The notes under the pieces: generated by a model
Told to the model about the DNA's origin: nothing
The model's input: only the letters and a program-made list of their open reading frames with translations
Databases searched by the model: none
Position numbers and translations under genes: made by a program
Source of the DNA: Vicugna vicugna
Lineage: Eukaryota
Reading direction: 5' to 3'
Assembly (NCBI GenBank): GCA_013265495.1
Contig: MU059126.1
Span: 12,646,291 to 12,710,290 of the forward strand
DNA: 64,000 nt
Shown: piece by piece, positions 24,438 to 37,064 of the stretch
Layout: the number at the start of each line of letters is the position of its first letter
How positions within the stretch are numbered: position 1 is the first letter of the stretch

Positions 24438-24565
24438 GGGAAAAATTCCCCCCCCCACCCCAGTCTGTAGCTTTTGCTTATTTCCATGATGTAAATAGCC
24501 AGCCGTGGCCAATTTCAAGCCGCCAATGTGATGTATATAAAACTGAGCTGTGTTCACCCACAAAA
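24438..24565 (+). promoter_or_regulatory. Candidate RNA Pol II core promoter
   Basis: kB/NFAT-like GGGAAAAATTCCC 24438, TGATGTAAA 24487, CCAAT boxes 24507 and 24522, TATATAAAA 24534-24542 in canonical spacing, followed by a CpG-enriched patch. Confidence 0.55.
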
Positions 24566-26689
24566 CGTCTCCGAGGAGGAAATGAAATCCTCCCCTCTGC
24601 GGTGCTGGGTGGATTTAATCAGCTCCTCTGCTTTCTGTGGTGCCACAGGCTTCCTACTGTTAAATACTAAGAGACACAACATGACTTGCTATTAGCAGTG
24701 TCAGCAGCCACTGAAAAAGCAGGAAAAGAAATGCCTGTAATTCACCGCTCACTCCCCCTGGGGGCACGGGAGGTAAATCCCCTCCTTCAGACCTCATTTC
24801 TGCGCGGCCGTCCGGGGGGGCCTCCTCTCTTCGGGAAAAGGGCTGAGTCTGTCTTTGCCAACATCGCACCTCAGCTAATGCCAAGTGGCACTGTTTCCCC
24901 TCCAGCCACTGCCTCCCCTCCTAAGACCACCTAAGGAAGCATCTCGCTCCTGCTCGCGGTGGACGGATCCCCGCAGGCTTAGCAGCGCTCTGTGCGAGCA
25001 TCTCTCCCTCAGATGGAAAGCCTGAGGTGGGAAATGCAGTGTCTCCTCTCAGGCTGAGTAAAGCCCTTCTCCTTCAGCATAACCTCCTTCTCCTTGCTCC
25101 AGTTAGAGCTTTAGTTTGCCTTCACCTGACAGCTGTGGTTCCTGGATCTTCCGTGCGATAACGGCTCAGCAAAACCAGAAGCCGAAACCCAGTTACCAGC
25201 AAACTCAGCGTTTTAAGTCATTGAAACAGCTGCCCAGGTGATGGTGCAGCAAGCAATGAAACCGGAGACCAGCAAAGAGGCCTTTGACAAAAGTCCACAT
25301 CACTTAGTTAGGTGGAGAGTGGACCACTGTCAAAAGAAAGGCTTAGCATTTCCCAGTCCTGCCTGGCTCCAAATGCCACGTCCCACCCATGACGCCTTCT
25401 GAGCACCCATGACATAGCGACCCAGGAGAGGCGAACACTTGGGATTTTTCGTCCTAAGAACAGAGCTGAGAAGTGAAGACACGAGCAGAACCAATTCATG
25501 TACTCAGCCGGTCATCACCCGAGGCGAGGGAGCAGACATCCTTAGACAGGAAGAATCTGCATGGAACGAACAGTGACACTGAGAGCAGGCAGGAGTGGGC
25601 CAGTGTCTGCCCACCTGCATCTTGCAAACCCCCAGGGGTCCCTGGAGATGTTCTGAGGTTTTACATCATTAGAGACGTCAGGGCACCTGCATTCATTTTG
25701 ATGTTTTAAGGCCATGAAGCAAAATAATTAGGTAAAGTGTTTTTTTCTGTTAAAGAAACAAAACAAAACAGAATACTCTTAGGACTTGCAGCTCTTATCA
25801 TGGGTCCTTTTAAGGTAGGAAGTCATTTTCACTAAGCTAAAGGCCGTTGGCCAAAATAAGGGCTTCATAGCTATGCAGCTTTGTTTGGTTTTTAGTTTTA
25901 TTGTTTATTTACATATTGCTTGGTTTATAATCTTACTAGACAGAATAAAGACAGAAAGTAGGAGCAAAGCAAGACAGTAATGACCATGAAAATGATGATA
26001 AATCTACAATTTCCCCTCAAGTTGGTACCTTCTTGATTCATACACTGATTTATCTGATCAGAATTTTTAAGCCACACACGTCAGGATATCTCAATTGCCT
26101 CAACACACCTTGCTTGATAAAGGAACTTCAGTGGTGATTAGAGTTAATTTGGCTTTTGATTTATTGGAGTTAATAATAACTGCCCATGTGATGGTTTATT
26201 TGCAGAGAAATGTTGCAAAGAGAAGCCCTGGGATTTTTGTTGTTGTTGTTGTTAACTTGTCATTTGGAAACAAAACAGAAAAATATTAAAAATAAACCAG
26301 TTAACTTTAAAGTGAAAAATCCAAGCCTTCCAAACAATCGAGCCATGAAGCCATTTTTAAAAATCTATTTTTAATGCCGTAACACCTGGTAAATCCCAAT
26401 CTCTATTTGAATAACCATTCGATCTTCAAACTAAATGAGGAATGATGTTCTTTTAAGATGTATTTTTGTTCCCGCATTAATTCCAAGTAGATTAACTAGT
26501 ATCTGTTATGTTTTAAAAGAGAGAAGCTGGCAATTCTTTTTACATAAAGGGATTACTAATGACGGTCACTTCAAAATTTATTTTGTGATGCAATATAGAC
26601 CTAAATTAAAAAATAAAATAAAATCACTTCTTGGCGATATTTCATGAAAGAAATAATGAAGTTATTTATTAACTGGCGGGGGGACTCAC

Positions 26690-27200
26690 GAAGCATTGCT
26701 GTGTGTAGCAGACATTTGCTGCTTTGTCCCATCCAGCATCCTTTCCTCTTCTTCGGGCCATGTTGCCTGGAATCTCCTTTTAGAACTACTGCCTCCCAGA
26801 CACGGTCCCATGTGGTTTAGGTGACACTGACCTGACTCCATGCCTTGTTGATGGGCACCTCGACCCAGATCAAGAAAAATCAGAATGTAGAATGTCCCCC
26901 AGTGGTTGGTTCAGCACCAGGCCATGACTCCAACTGGCCTAATGACTTTTACTTGAACCAGTAGAATAAAGAAGCTCTCTTGTGGCTGGAGCCACTGAGG
27001 TGGAAAGACTTAAGACTGGAATTCTCGTCTCGTTGCATGAGAAGAAAGCAACGCAGACAAGAGCAGAGCCAAGTGATGGATGGAGACAGACTCCTGTTGA
27101 CCTTTGAGCCCTGGGAGCCAGCTATTACTGGACTCAGTTGGATTTCACTCCTAGACTTCTCAGTTACATCAGGCAGTAACTTGATAGATCAACTTGAGTA
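26690..27200 (+). mobile_element. MLT1-type LTR
   Basis: gtggttggttcagcaccaggccatgactcc...agagcagagccaagtgatggatggagacag...tttgagccctgggagccagc...cttctcagttacat. Confidence 0.75.
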
Positions 27201-28519
27201 AATCATTTTATTTCTCTGGACTTTGATGTCCTCATCAATAAAATAAAGGCCTTGGACTAGATGACTGCCTAAGATTTCTTTCCAATCTTACATCTTTTGA
27301 TATTATGATTGACCATGCATTAGTGACTCCACTGATAAAATTCTTAACTAGACCCAATTTCACTTGACAGATTAAGTGGTACTGACCAGCTCTGCCCTCT
27401 TCATAGATTAAAAAAAAGCAACTCGTATACAGTAGTCATAATTGTAGGGGTCTTACGAAGTCATCTAGCCCTTCTTCTGAGTCTCGGATCTAAACTGAAA
27501 ATATACAGAAATTGTTTTATACACGCTATCTTCATTGTGCTGGAGCTCAAGGGCGAATGTCTGAGTTAACTTAATCAGAGATGTTATTCACTACCTGTGT
27601 TATGATCCTGAGTATTGCTGCCCCCATTTGGATGAATAAACCTAGCAGTTATCCACTTGAGTTTCATATGGATTTGATGAAATTCTTCCCATTCAACGTA
27701 GCAAACGCAGTGAAAAAGCCCTTTTGTGTAATCGCACCTAGTTTAATAATTCTTTGATCGACAGCATCCAAATCCCCTGTTAATTATTTGCCCCATAAGG
27801 CAGGGTATTATACTTCCCAGGAGATGTTTTACAGGTAGGAAGGCTTTTGAAAATATATAATATTTTGACCTTTTGAGGTAAGAGATTTGTTGTGAAACGA
27901 CTCCTTTTTGTTACCAGGGTGTCATTCAAAATAAAATAATACGTTTAGACGCGTTGCAGCAATTGACTTGCTATTACTCAAATCTCACCCTCTAATTAGA
28001 AGGAGAAATATGAAGCCTCATCAGTGCATAATTTAACAAATTCAATGTCATGAAATTATCATATTTTATTCTCGCCTTGCACCAAAATTTGTGGGCATGG
28101 AGGGAAAACATTCACTTCGAAAAGGTAAGATATGACATATGACAAAAGAGCGCTGGAAAGGGGAGAGCACAGGTTCAGGCTATTCAGAGGCTTTGGATGA
28201 GTTCCAAAAGGCAGATTTTTGAAAATATGACTCCATCTCCATACCCCATCTGCTTTGGGATGCAGTGGAAAAAGAAATGAAGTCATTTAGGGAGAGAGGG
28301 AAAACTCTGAAAACCTGGACTTTTTTTTAAGCGCTGATGGAATTGACGACGGAAACAGTGGGGAGTCCAGGAAAAATTCTCCAGGGAATTAGAATTTCAC
28401 ATCCAGGTAGGAGAACATGTACCCATAAAAGTGGCAGAGATCTTCCTACATTGAAATCCAAGTGTACTTTGCTCTCTCTCTCTAGCCACCATCTATCCGC
28501 ATCAGGGCAGCTTCGAGGT

Positions 28520-28870
28520 TTTACCCGACATCCCGAAAGTGATGTTAGTGTAACAAAGTCAAGGTTATTTCTCATTCACATCACAGTCCCATCCGGGCGC
28601 TCCTGGTCAGGAAGCCTTCTACTTGGTCATTCCATCCTGGGGCTCCACCCTCCTCTAGGCCCTCGGGGTCCTCTTCACCCGGCCAGCAGTGGGGATAAGA
28701 GGGCACAGGGAAAACTCATCCACGCCTTAACTCTTGAACCTAGAAATGACGCACTTCTCTACACATTCCATTGGCCAGAACTCACTCCTTTGTCTCCATC
28801 TAAGTAAGAAGGAGGCAGGGAGGGATAGTCTTAGCTGTGTGCCAGGAGGAAAAGGGAAAGCTTTGGTGAG
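28520..28870 (-). mobile_element. MLT1-type LTR
   Basis: tacacattccattggccagaactcac...cttagctgtgtgccaggaggaaaaggg; approximate. Confidence 0.65.
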
Positions 28871-28999
28871 CGTGTCTCTGCCACACCCCCCTCCCTTCCT
28901 CTCTTCTTTGCTTTCTCCCTCCCTTCCTCTATCAACTTTGCAGAAGCAATATTGCGAAACAATTAGGAATGCAAAGAGAAATATGCCCCCAGCCAGACG

Positions 29000-29200
29000 A
29001 CCAGGATTCAAACGCAACTTCTGCTCTTAGTAACTATGTGATCTTGAGAAATGATGTCGGCTTTCTGTGTTTACTCTTCTGTAAAACCGGAATAAATGAA
29101 AGTACTTACTCATAGCATCCTTGTGAATATCAAATAAATTAATGCCCGTAAAGAACTTAGAATGTGCCTGGAACTTAGTTACTTCTCAATATCTGTTATT
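29000..29200 (+). mobile_element. MIR
   Basis: caggattcaaac...tagtaactatgtgatcttg...ctgtaaaaccggaataa...ttagaatgtgcctgg. Confidence 0.7.
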
Positions 29201-29685
29201 AGTCAGAATTCCAGGGGGCAACAGAAAAACATCTCGCTGTGAGTTAAGTAAAAGAGAATTTATGAAAAGACCAGAAAGGCTGCAAAAACAGACTTAGAAA
29301 ACAAGTGCAACGCTAACAACCTCCGGAGGGCCAGGCGTCTGGAACCAGAGCAGTTCTCCCAGCAGAAACAGGTCCAGGCCACCTCTACTGCTGAGGTAAT
29401 GATTTTCTCCAAGCCCCCCACACCCTGCAGCACCCATTCAAATTCCATGTGCTTATAAGGGACTGAACAATTGGCCAAGCTGAAGTCAAATGCCTGCTTC
29501 TGAACTTGCCAGAATGGAAACAAAGGGAATTTAGCACCATTTGCTTTTCAGTTCCCAAGAATGCACACAGTGACACATTTCTAAGAGGAGAAGAAGTTTT
29601 AATAGTTACAGTACCTTGCCATGATGGGATGCTGGACAACCAAATACATAAATGTTTTTTCTATGACTCATCTCCTCATCCTGCC

Positions 29686-29860
29686 ATTCATCCATCCATC
29701 CATCCATCCGCTCAGCTACCCACCCAGCCATCCACCCAGCCAACTGCCTGCCCACGCACCTGTCCACCTATCCAGCCATCCATTCACCTACTCATCCACT
29801 CATCTAGTGATCCATCCATCAACCCATCCAGCCAGCCATCTATCCATCTTTCCACACATA
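29686..29860. repeat. Degenerate (CCAT)n tetranucleotide array
   Basis: ccatccatccatccatcc and variants. Confidence 0.9.
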
Positions 29861-30542
29861 GATACATATATATTTGACAAACACACATCATCAGATTTCA
29901 GTCACGTTCCTTATATCCAAGTGCCCATAAAAAATGAGTCTTTCAGAGGAAGCTTTTATGGACCTAATTCTCCCCAAGGCTTCTGTCTCCCTGAGCAGTA
30001 GATGAAAAATACTGCAGACTGAAAAGAACTGACTTGAAAGAATTAGGGCCCCTGCCTAAATGCCTAACATAGTATAAAAGAGTGACTCCAGCCCCAGGGT
30101 GAATGGAATCTTATGTTTCATAAGGCAAGATATTTGCTATGATGGCAGGACAAAATGGCCTCGGTCAGATCTTAAATCCAGGATGCATCTAAAATGAGAA
30201 TGTCACTTTCAAATTCAGAGCCAAAATTTACATTAAAGGCAAAGAGTGTGTATGAATTCTATTTAAAATTCTCTTTGCAGAACCTGATTAGAGTTGCCAT
30301 TGAGACCAAGCTTCTGTTCTACCTGAGATGTATTTAATGCTTTGAGCAGAGTTTAAGGCTTCCTTCTGGAACTAATCGCCTCATTTAATTTGCAATCTCT
30401 ATGTTAGGAACGATGTACTCAAAATAAAAGAAAAAAAATTCCATTATTTTCGTCAATGGAATTCTAAATTAACTGTTGGGATCTCCAACTGTGAGAGCCC
30501 CCACAGAAGATTCTGTATTTTAAGCGGGTTAATAGTCTTGGT

Positions 30543-30704
30543 ATTTTATTTGTTTTGTTGTTTGGCTTCTTCTTTTCTTTTTTGGTGGGGGGAGAGGTAA
30601 CTAGGTTTATTTATTCTTTGTTTTTAGTGGCGGTACTGGGAATTGAACCCAGGACTGTGTGCATGCTAGGCATGCACTCCACCCCTGAGCTAGACCCTCC
30701 ACCC
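30543..30704 (-). mobile_element. tRNA-Ala-derived SINE (camelid vic-1 type)
   Basis: Reverse complement of the tRNA-like head (ctagctcaggggtggagtgcatgcctagcatgcac...ctgggttcaattcccagtacc) with T-rich tail; 12-bp TSD aatagtcttggt at 30531-30542 and 30705-30716. Confidence 0.9.
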
Positions 30705-30829
30705 AATAGTCTTGGTCTTTTAATGCCATGTTTTTGAGGAGTTAAAATTCACTCATCCCAAATGCGCTGAAATGCGATTGTAATAGACACTTGTTTGTGT
30801 CTGCCTCCTGCATGTCAATGGTTGGGTGA

Positions 30830-31180
30830 TAGGCGTGGTGCTAAGATTGTTTACCTAGATCAATTCACTCAGCCCTCACAGCCTGTGGCACCGGCTTCAT
30901 TGTTTCCATTCTGTATATGGGGAAATTGAGACTTGCAACATGCGGGTGCTTTCCCATCCTCACCTACCTATTACTGATGAAACTGGAAATCAAACCCAAT
31001 TGTCTGATTCTAGAACCCCTTTTCAGTCATCACATAGCCTTGCAAACCCATGTATCTTTCTCTCTCATTCAAGCTGGCTCACTGGCCGCCATGCTTAGTA
31101 TATGTGACCCCGTCACCTTGGTTACTGTTATATTAGGGTTAGGTGACCTCATCCAAGGTCACGTGTAATTCTGGAAATCT
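30830..31180. mobile_element. MIR fragments
   Basis: tccattctgtatatggggaaattgagac; ggtgacctcatccaaggtcac. Confidence 0.55.
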
Positions 31181-33137
31181 GGAATCGAGATCAAGAGGCT
31201 GCTGTTTGGTCTATGCTAGCTTTGAAAAATACAAGAGAGAGAATCTGGGAAATACTGAGTGGACATATTCTCCATATGATGTCAGGCTCAGTAGATGAAA
31301 AACTTGGATGGCAGCGGCTGGAAGAATTAAGAAACTATGCCAAGAGAAGTTTGGGTATTTCTTAAACCATTTTTGAATTTGTTTAAATAGCATTTGGCGA
31401 AACAAGGATTTGATGGCAGCCCCAGTGGTAACAGTGATGCTGGAGCCATCCCTTCCTAGGTTTTTTATAAACACAAGTATTTCAGTACTTAAGAAAATCT
31501 GTAGAGTCTGATAAATTAGACAATACTACTGGAACCTGTACTTGTTATTTGCGTCACAATTATGTCTGTAATTGAAATGGCTTAGCACTTCACCAACCCA
31601 CGTTAGCAGTCCCAAAGGCACCGTAGTTGTAGTTATTATTCTAAGTAAAGCCCTGGTACTTAACTTACTGTTTTCTCTTAGCTTTCCCTCTTAAAATAAA
31701 GTGACTTTTCTTTATTACAGAACTTTGTGAATGGCTTCCTAATCTTTATAAATGGTGTTTCTATATTATATGTTTAACTATTATAGACATTATGTCAATC
31801 AAATACTACCCATTGTCTTTTTGGCTTTTCAGTTGTTCAAATCCCTCCTGAGCCCAGCTGCATCTCTTCCTTTGGGTTCTTTGGGTTTACCCATGTGTCT
31901 GTACAGTGTGTTTCCCAGTGTGCTCAATTGCTTTCTGTTCCTTGCAACCCCAAGTGTCCTGATCCCATAGGAACTGGGGGAGGAACCAGTATTTACCAAG
32001 TGTTTACTACCCACTAGAGTATTTCCATAAGTTTGGTAATTTAATTCTCATGACAACCCTGGGAGTAGCAAATTCAAAGCATTTTAGTGATCTGAAGTCG
32101 TCAAGATTTCGGCTGTGGCCTCCTGAACTCCAAAGCCTAAACTTTTTCTCCTACACCATGTTGTAACCTACCTCAGAAGTAAGAAGAAAAAAGAAAAAAT
32201 AATAACCTCAGAAACTCAGAAATATGACTCAAATGCTGAACTTCAACCTCTGTGAATCATAAGGGTACAAATAAAATATGATGACAGTTGCTTGCTTCTA
32301 AAATGTCGCTGCCCTCTCTAGGGCGTTGAATAGTAGGTGCCTACTTCTCGATGAGCCTGAGTACCCAAGGATTGTAAGAGCCTGCCCAGTTACTGTCAGA
32401 GCTCGCACAAAGCAAGAACAAATAACAAGGCCCATCTTTTTGAAAAACGTAAGCAATGAACAAGAAATGAACCAAGAACGAAGCAAAGAAGACAAAACCA
32501 CAGTCGAAACTACAGCGTATATAAAGTCATACAGTGAGAATGGTGTTGACTTTCGCTCTTTGCCCATAAGGAAGAGACTCAGACCAAGTTATGCAAAGAA
32601 AGTTTGTGGTCAGTCAGGGAGACAGGGGTCTCAAACAGAAACCCAGGCACGGATGGGCCTCAGAAAGACAAGAGGGGAAGCCAGAGCATCTCAAGAGACC
32701 TTGACAGTGGACCTGTGCAAATTGTCCCACCAATGCTCCATCCCGAAGGTGACGTGACTTGACTCCTCTTTGTCCCATCTTTTGTATTTTTGCTTCTCCT
32801 CTCACTGCCACCTGTCTCTCTACCTCATCGCTTCTCTTACTCGTGGCTTCTGCTTTCCTGTGACTTCTGAGCACGTGTTGCTTCTTCTACGTAGCCAGTT
32901 TCATCATGACCCAGGCTCCTCTACATGGCTTTCTTCTTCACCCGGGACAGTTACAGCCTGGTGGGCTCCATGCTTCCCTGTTCAAGGTCCTGGAGCTAGA
33001 GTCTGACTGCCTGAGCTCATCTTTACTTGGACAGAAGTTTTGTTTGTTTGTGGGCTCTTTTGCCAGCCCCTCTCTTACAGAGCTGAGAAGACCATGGATT
33101 GGCTGCTACGCTCACCCCTCCTCCAAGCATCTCTGGT

Positions 33138-33140
<3 letters not shown>

Positions 33141-33186
<46 letters not shown>
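33141..33186. repeat. (GT)23 microsatellite
   Basis: Perfect dinucleotide run. Confidence 0.97.
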
Positions 33187-33187
<1 letters not shown>

Positions 33188-33273
33188 GGGGAAGTGGTGG
33201 AGCCAGGACACAGTATAAAAATCATCCTAGCCTAAGGCTTCCTCTTCATCAGTGGCAGTGGTGGGAAAAGCTG

Positions 33274-33794
33274 TGTTAACAGGGAAGAACAAATCTGAAT
33301 CCACATTAGATCTGCTCCTTTGGCGCTCACCCTGTGCTCTGTTTCCCGTGCTCAGTCATGCTGGTTCTGCACCTTTTGTAACAGAATGTTGCCTGTAGCC
33401 TGAAATATACAGGAGAGCCCATTCTCAAGGCTCTGATCTTTAAGGGTATAACAGTTTCCCATTCATATAGAGATAAAAAGTTGTAGCATAGAGAATCACA
33501 TTTGTCTCACTGGAGGTTTACAGGGACGCCATGACCTGACCTGTGTGGACAGCTGCAAGAACAAAGGGTTCCACATCAAGAACTTTGCAACAATAAACCA
33601 CACCCCGTCCCCTCTTTAGTATAAAAGGAGCCTGGATTCTGACTTGGGAAAGATGATTCTCTAGGATATTAGTCCCCCATCTTCTCAGTCTTCTGGCTTT
33701 CCAAATAAAGTCATTATTCCTTGCCCCAACACCTCGTCTCCCAATTTTTTTGGCCTGTCATGCAGCGAGCTGAACAAATTTGGACTCGGTAACA
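33274..33794 (+). mobile_element. ERV1-type solo LTR
   Basis: tgttaac...ggtaaca termini, 4-bp TSD gctg/gatg, TATAAAA 33619, AATAAA 33704. Confidence 0.88.
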
Positions 33795-33859
33795 GATGTG
33801 CTTAGTCCTGGTTTTGCTTGAAGTCTCTGTGTATTAATAACACAACAGGTGATATGTGT

Positions 33860-34075
33860 CAGCTCCCTCTGTGAGCTTGGCACTATGCTAAATGCCTTGT
33901 GCACACAATCCTGTGAACTGCTAAATCATAACTTTATGAAGTCAGCCCCCATTTTGAAGTATCGTCCCATTTCAGAGATAAAGAAACTGAGGCACAGACA
34001 GCTTGTACTCTTAACCCCCGCTTAGATTAGGAGTTATTAGTGGAGAGACCATTCAGAACGTGGAACAGGGCAAAG
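33860..34075 (-). mobile_element. MIR
   Basis: cccatttcagagataaagaaactgaggcacaga. Confidence 0.7.
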
Positions 34076-35565
34076 GGACTGCTTGTTTTGGCTATTTCTA
34101 ATCCCTGAAAATACGTGGGTATTTTTCAAGCCCGTAAACAATTAAAAGCCAAGAATGGAGTGGTTTCCCCAGTTGACATGGCAATGCCCTCAGCAAAATC
34201 CAAATAAAGGATCTGACCCCAGGGATCGTCTGGACAGAGGTCTTGTTTACAAAAGGAGGCTGGGAAAATGGATGCGGGAAAGCAACGGAGGCATAATTGA
34301 CAAGGACACCCAGGTCTTCCTCTTCTAACTCGGATCCTTGATGATAAAAGGGGACAATGGGAAAAGCCAACTCAGGTTCCACCTGCCCTGAAGATGTGGT
34401 AAGTTCCCCTCCTCCAAGAAGACTTCCCAGATTATGGCAGGATCTCTCCTGCCTTGGAACTCGCACTGCCTTTACTCTGTGGTGAGCACTGAAATGTTCT
34501 CCACAAGAGAGGAAAGGAAGAAATAACCGTGGGTCCAGTGTCTGAGCTACTTCGTGGCAGCTTCAGCTGTGGCGTCATCAGGGGCCACGGCAGCTGCCAC
34601 GTATTAGCATCAGCCACGCGGCCAGACGCCCAAAGCCAACAGCAGACACGGGTCTGGGGCTGTTTTTAGTCCTTGCTGCAGTGGCTGCTCTGTCCTCTTC
34701 CTTCTGGCGCTCCCAGCTCTCTCTCCTCTCTCTGGAGGGCCCGGTCCCAGGTTCAGAGGAAGCTGGCAGACGTCTGTAGCCTGGGCAAGGGTCATTATGT
34801 CTGGGTGGGTCCGCTGAGCCATCGGAGGGAAAGGAGGACAAACACAGCCAGGAATCTCGCTGCCAAACGAACTGAAACAGAACACAGCGGCATCAGGAGA
34901 CGGCTGCGGTCGTGGTCACTGGGCATTTGGCGATCTGTCTGACACAGAGTGAAGAGTTAAATGAGACAGCCTGGCTCGCCCGCCTCAGCAAACGCCTCCT
35001 GTGGCGAATGGGCTGTCTCCTGTCCGCCAGAAACACACAGTCTGGTGACTGACGGCTTTCAGGCTGCACCAAAACCGCCTTAAATGAGCAGTTATGTTCA
35101 AAATCCCTCTCCTTCCCCTGCCAGCAAATAGTTACTACTCGATTTCTATCAGCTGCAATTCTTCCATCAGGGACATGCCTAGGAGGCTTCTTCCCCCCTT
35201 TCTCTCAAACTTCAGAGCACCTTTTAATGTATTTACGTGCCTGTGTTTTCAAGGAAGAAATGCCCTGCAGAAGCAGTCACACGCCTTAACACATCTGCGC
35301 TGAATACCTGTGCATCAGTTACAGAACTGACAAGTGTGACGGCTTCGACGTCAAGCCGCGGTGTGTGTACGTGTGTGTGTTTCATTGAGACCAAATTCTC
35401 TTTCTGAGCCAGAGTATTTATGTATTTTAGACAAGAACCACGGAGATCCAGTAAGGGTTTTAGTTTTTGTTTTGTTTTTAATAGCACAGTGGTATTCTCT
35501 TTGGAGGAAAAATATTTTTTAGGTTTTCAAAACACAGACACCTACGCATCTTTCTTTACTTACTC

Positions 35566-35793
35566 CAGGGTTTCTCAGCTCCAGCACATTGATGCTTTGG
35601 GCTGGATAACTCTGTTCGAGGGACAGCCCGGTGCATTTTAGGGTGTTTAACTACCTCCCAGACTCTACACAGCAGATGTCACTTCAACTCCTCGCCAACC
35701 CCCCAAAAACTTGTGACAACCAAAAAATATCTCCAGCAGACATTTCCAAATATTCCTAAGGGGACAAAAATCGCCCTGGGTTAAGGACCTCTG
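35566..35793. mobile_element. MER20 hAT MITE
   Basis: cagggtttctcagctccagcacattgatgctttgggctggataac...gtgacaaccaaaaaatatctccag. Confidence 0.85.
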
Positions 35794-35929
35794 ACTCAGC
35801 TTAGAGGTACGAAGCTTTTTTACACAGGAGGCACTCAACGTGTGAATTTAATTAGGAGCAAAGAATACTGTTTCCCACTGCTCTTTAGGAAAATGCAGAG
35901 CTTCTAAACTTGGCTTTTTTAGCTAACAT

Positions 35930-36380
35930 GCTCTGGCATGACTTACCTGTTCATTCAGATCTCAAACCATATGCCCCCTACTTTCTTGGCTCCAGCCACA
36001 CACCCCTCTGCCAGGGGGTTTAGCACAAGCTGGTACCTCTCTGTGGAATGACATTTCCTCACCTACTTTCCATAGTCAAGTGACACTTCTTCAGGGAAAT
36101 GACTGTGAGTTCCGCCCTTAATGGGTTTTCCCCTTTATTACAGCCACTCTCCACACCTCAGGTCTCTCCATCTTAGCTCTTGTCTTGGCTGAAAGTTTAC
36201 ATTTGTCTGTGGATTTCTGATGAATGTCTCTCTGCCCCACCAGTCTGTAAGCTCTGTGAGGACCAGACCAGGTATGTTTTTCTCTTTGATTCTCATTTTT
36301 TCGCCTCTTTGTTCCCACACCCAGCACCGTTTCTGGATCACCTCGAGGTATAAGGTATTCACATAAATGAATATATGACA
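35930..36380 (+). mobile_element. L2 3' region
   Basis: ttcattcagatctcaa...ctgtaagctctgtgaggaccagaccagg...attcacataaatgaat. Confidence 0.65.
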
Positions 36381-36477
36381 AAATGACTCAAGACTGTTTC
36401 AAATATCCCACTGCCTTGTTCCAGTCGGTAAAGAGATTTGATTTCAAACAGATGCTGAGACTAAAAAAGATGGCCTT

Positions 36478-36746
36478 CAGAGAATACAGACTTGTGGTTA
36501 CCAGGGGGGTAGAGGGTGGGAAGGGATAGACTGGGATTTCAAAATTGTAGAATAGATAAACAAGATTACACTGTATAGCACAGGGAAATATACACAAAAT
36601 GTTATGATAACTCACAGAGAAAAAATGTGACAATGAGTGTGTATATGTCCATGAATGACTGAAAAATTGTGCTGAACACTGGAATTTGACACAACATTGT
36701 AAAATGATTATAAATCAATAAAAAATGTTAAAAAAAAAAAATAATA
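36478..36746 (+). mobile_element. Young 5'-truncated L1 3' UTR
   Basis: cagacttgtggttaccagggggg...AATAAA and poly(A); perfect 15-bp TSD aaaaaagatggcctt at 36463-36477 and 36747-36761. Confidence 0.95.
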
Positions 36747-36876
36747 AAAAAAGATGGCCTTTTATTTAAAAATCGTGAATTAGTACATTCAATAGCTCCC
36801 TCAAAGATGCGTGAAACAGCAAGAATTTGCACACGATAATTCAGATTAGAACCAGCTAAATCAGAAGGCCACAGAG

Positions 36877-37064
36877 CAGCAGTTCTCAAACTGCAGTGCA
36901 TCAGAATCACCTGGAGGGCTCGCGGAACCCAATCAAATCTCTGAGCCCCGCCTCCGGAGTTTCTATCAGTAGATCTGGGGTGAGCCTGAGAATTTGTGCT
37001 TCTAACAAAGTTTCCCGGTGATACTGAGAATGCCGATTGGAGCCCCACATTTTGAGAACCACTG
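36877..37064. mobile_element. MER5A hAT MITE
   Basis: cagcagttctcaaactg...catcagaatcacctggagggc...ttttgagaaccactg with terminal inverted repeats. Confidence 0.88.

Noticed and set aside
28337-28807. 156-aa ORF, and other ORFs over 120 aa at 32326, 39376, 40631, 49617 and 63194
   Set aside because: No recognisable domain; most overlap MLT1 or MIR relics; lengths are within chance expectation.
29531-29543. tagcaccatttg, matching the 5' 12 nt of miR-29b
   Set aside because: The match stops after 12 nt and there is no complementary 5p arm or hairpin.
29506-30001. Long His/Pro/Ser-rich ORFs (123 and 126 aa)
   Set aside because: Translation of the (CCAT)n array; the same applies to the ORF at 47773-47967.
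32827-32838. atcgcttctc, matching the U2 snRNA 5' end
   Set aside because: 10-nt match only; chance level.
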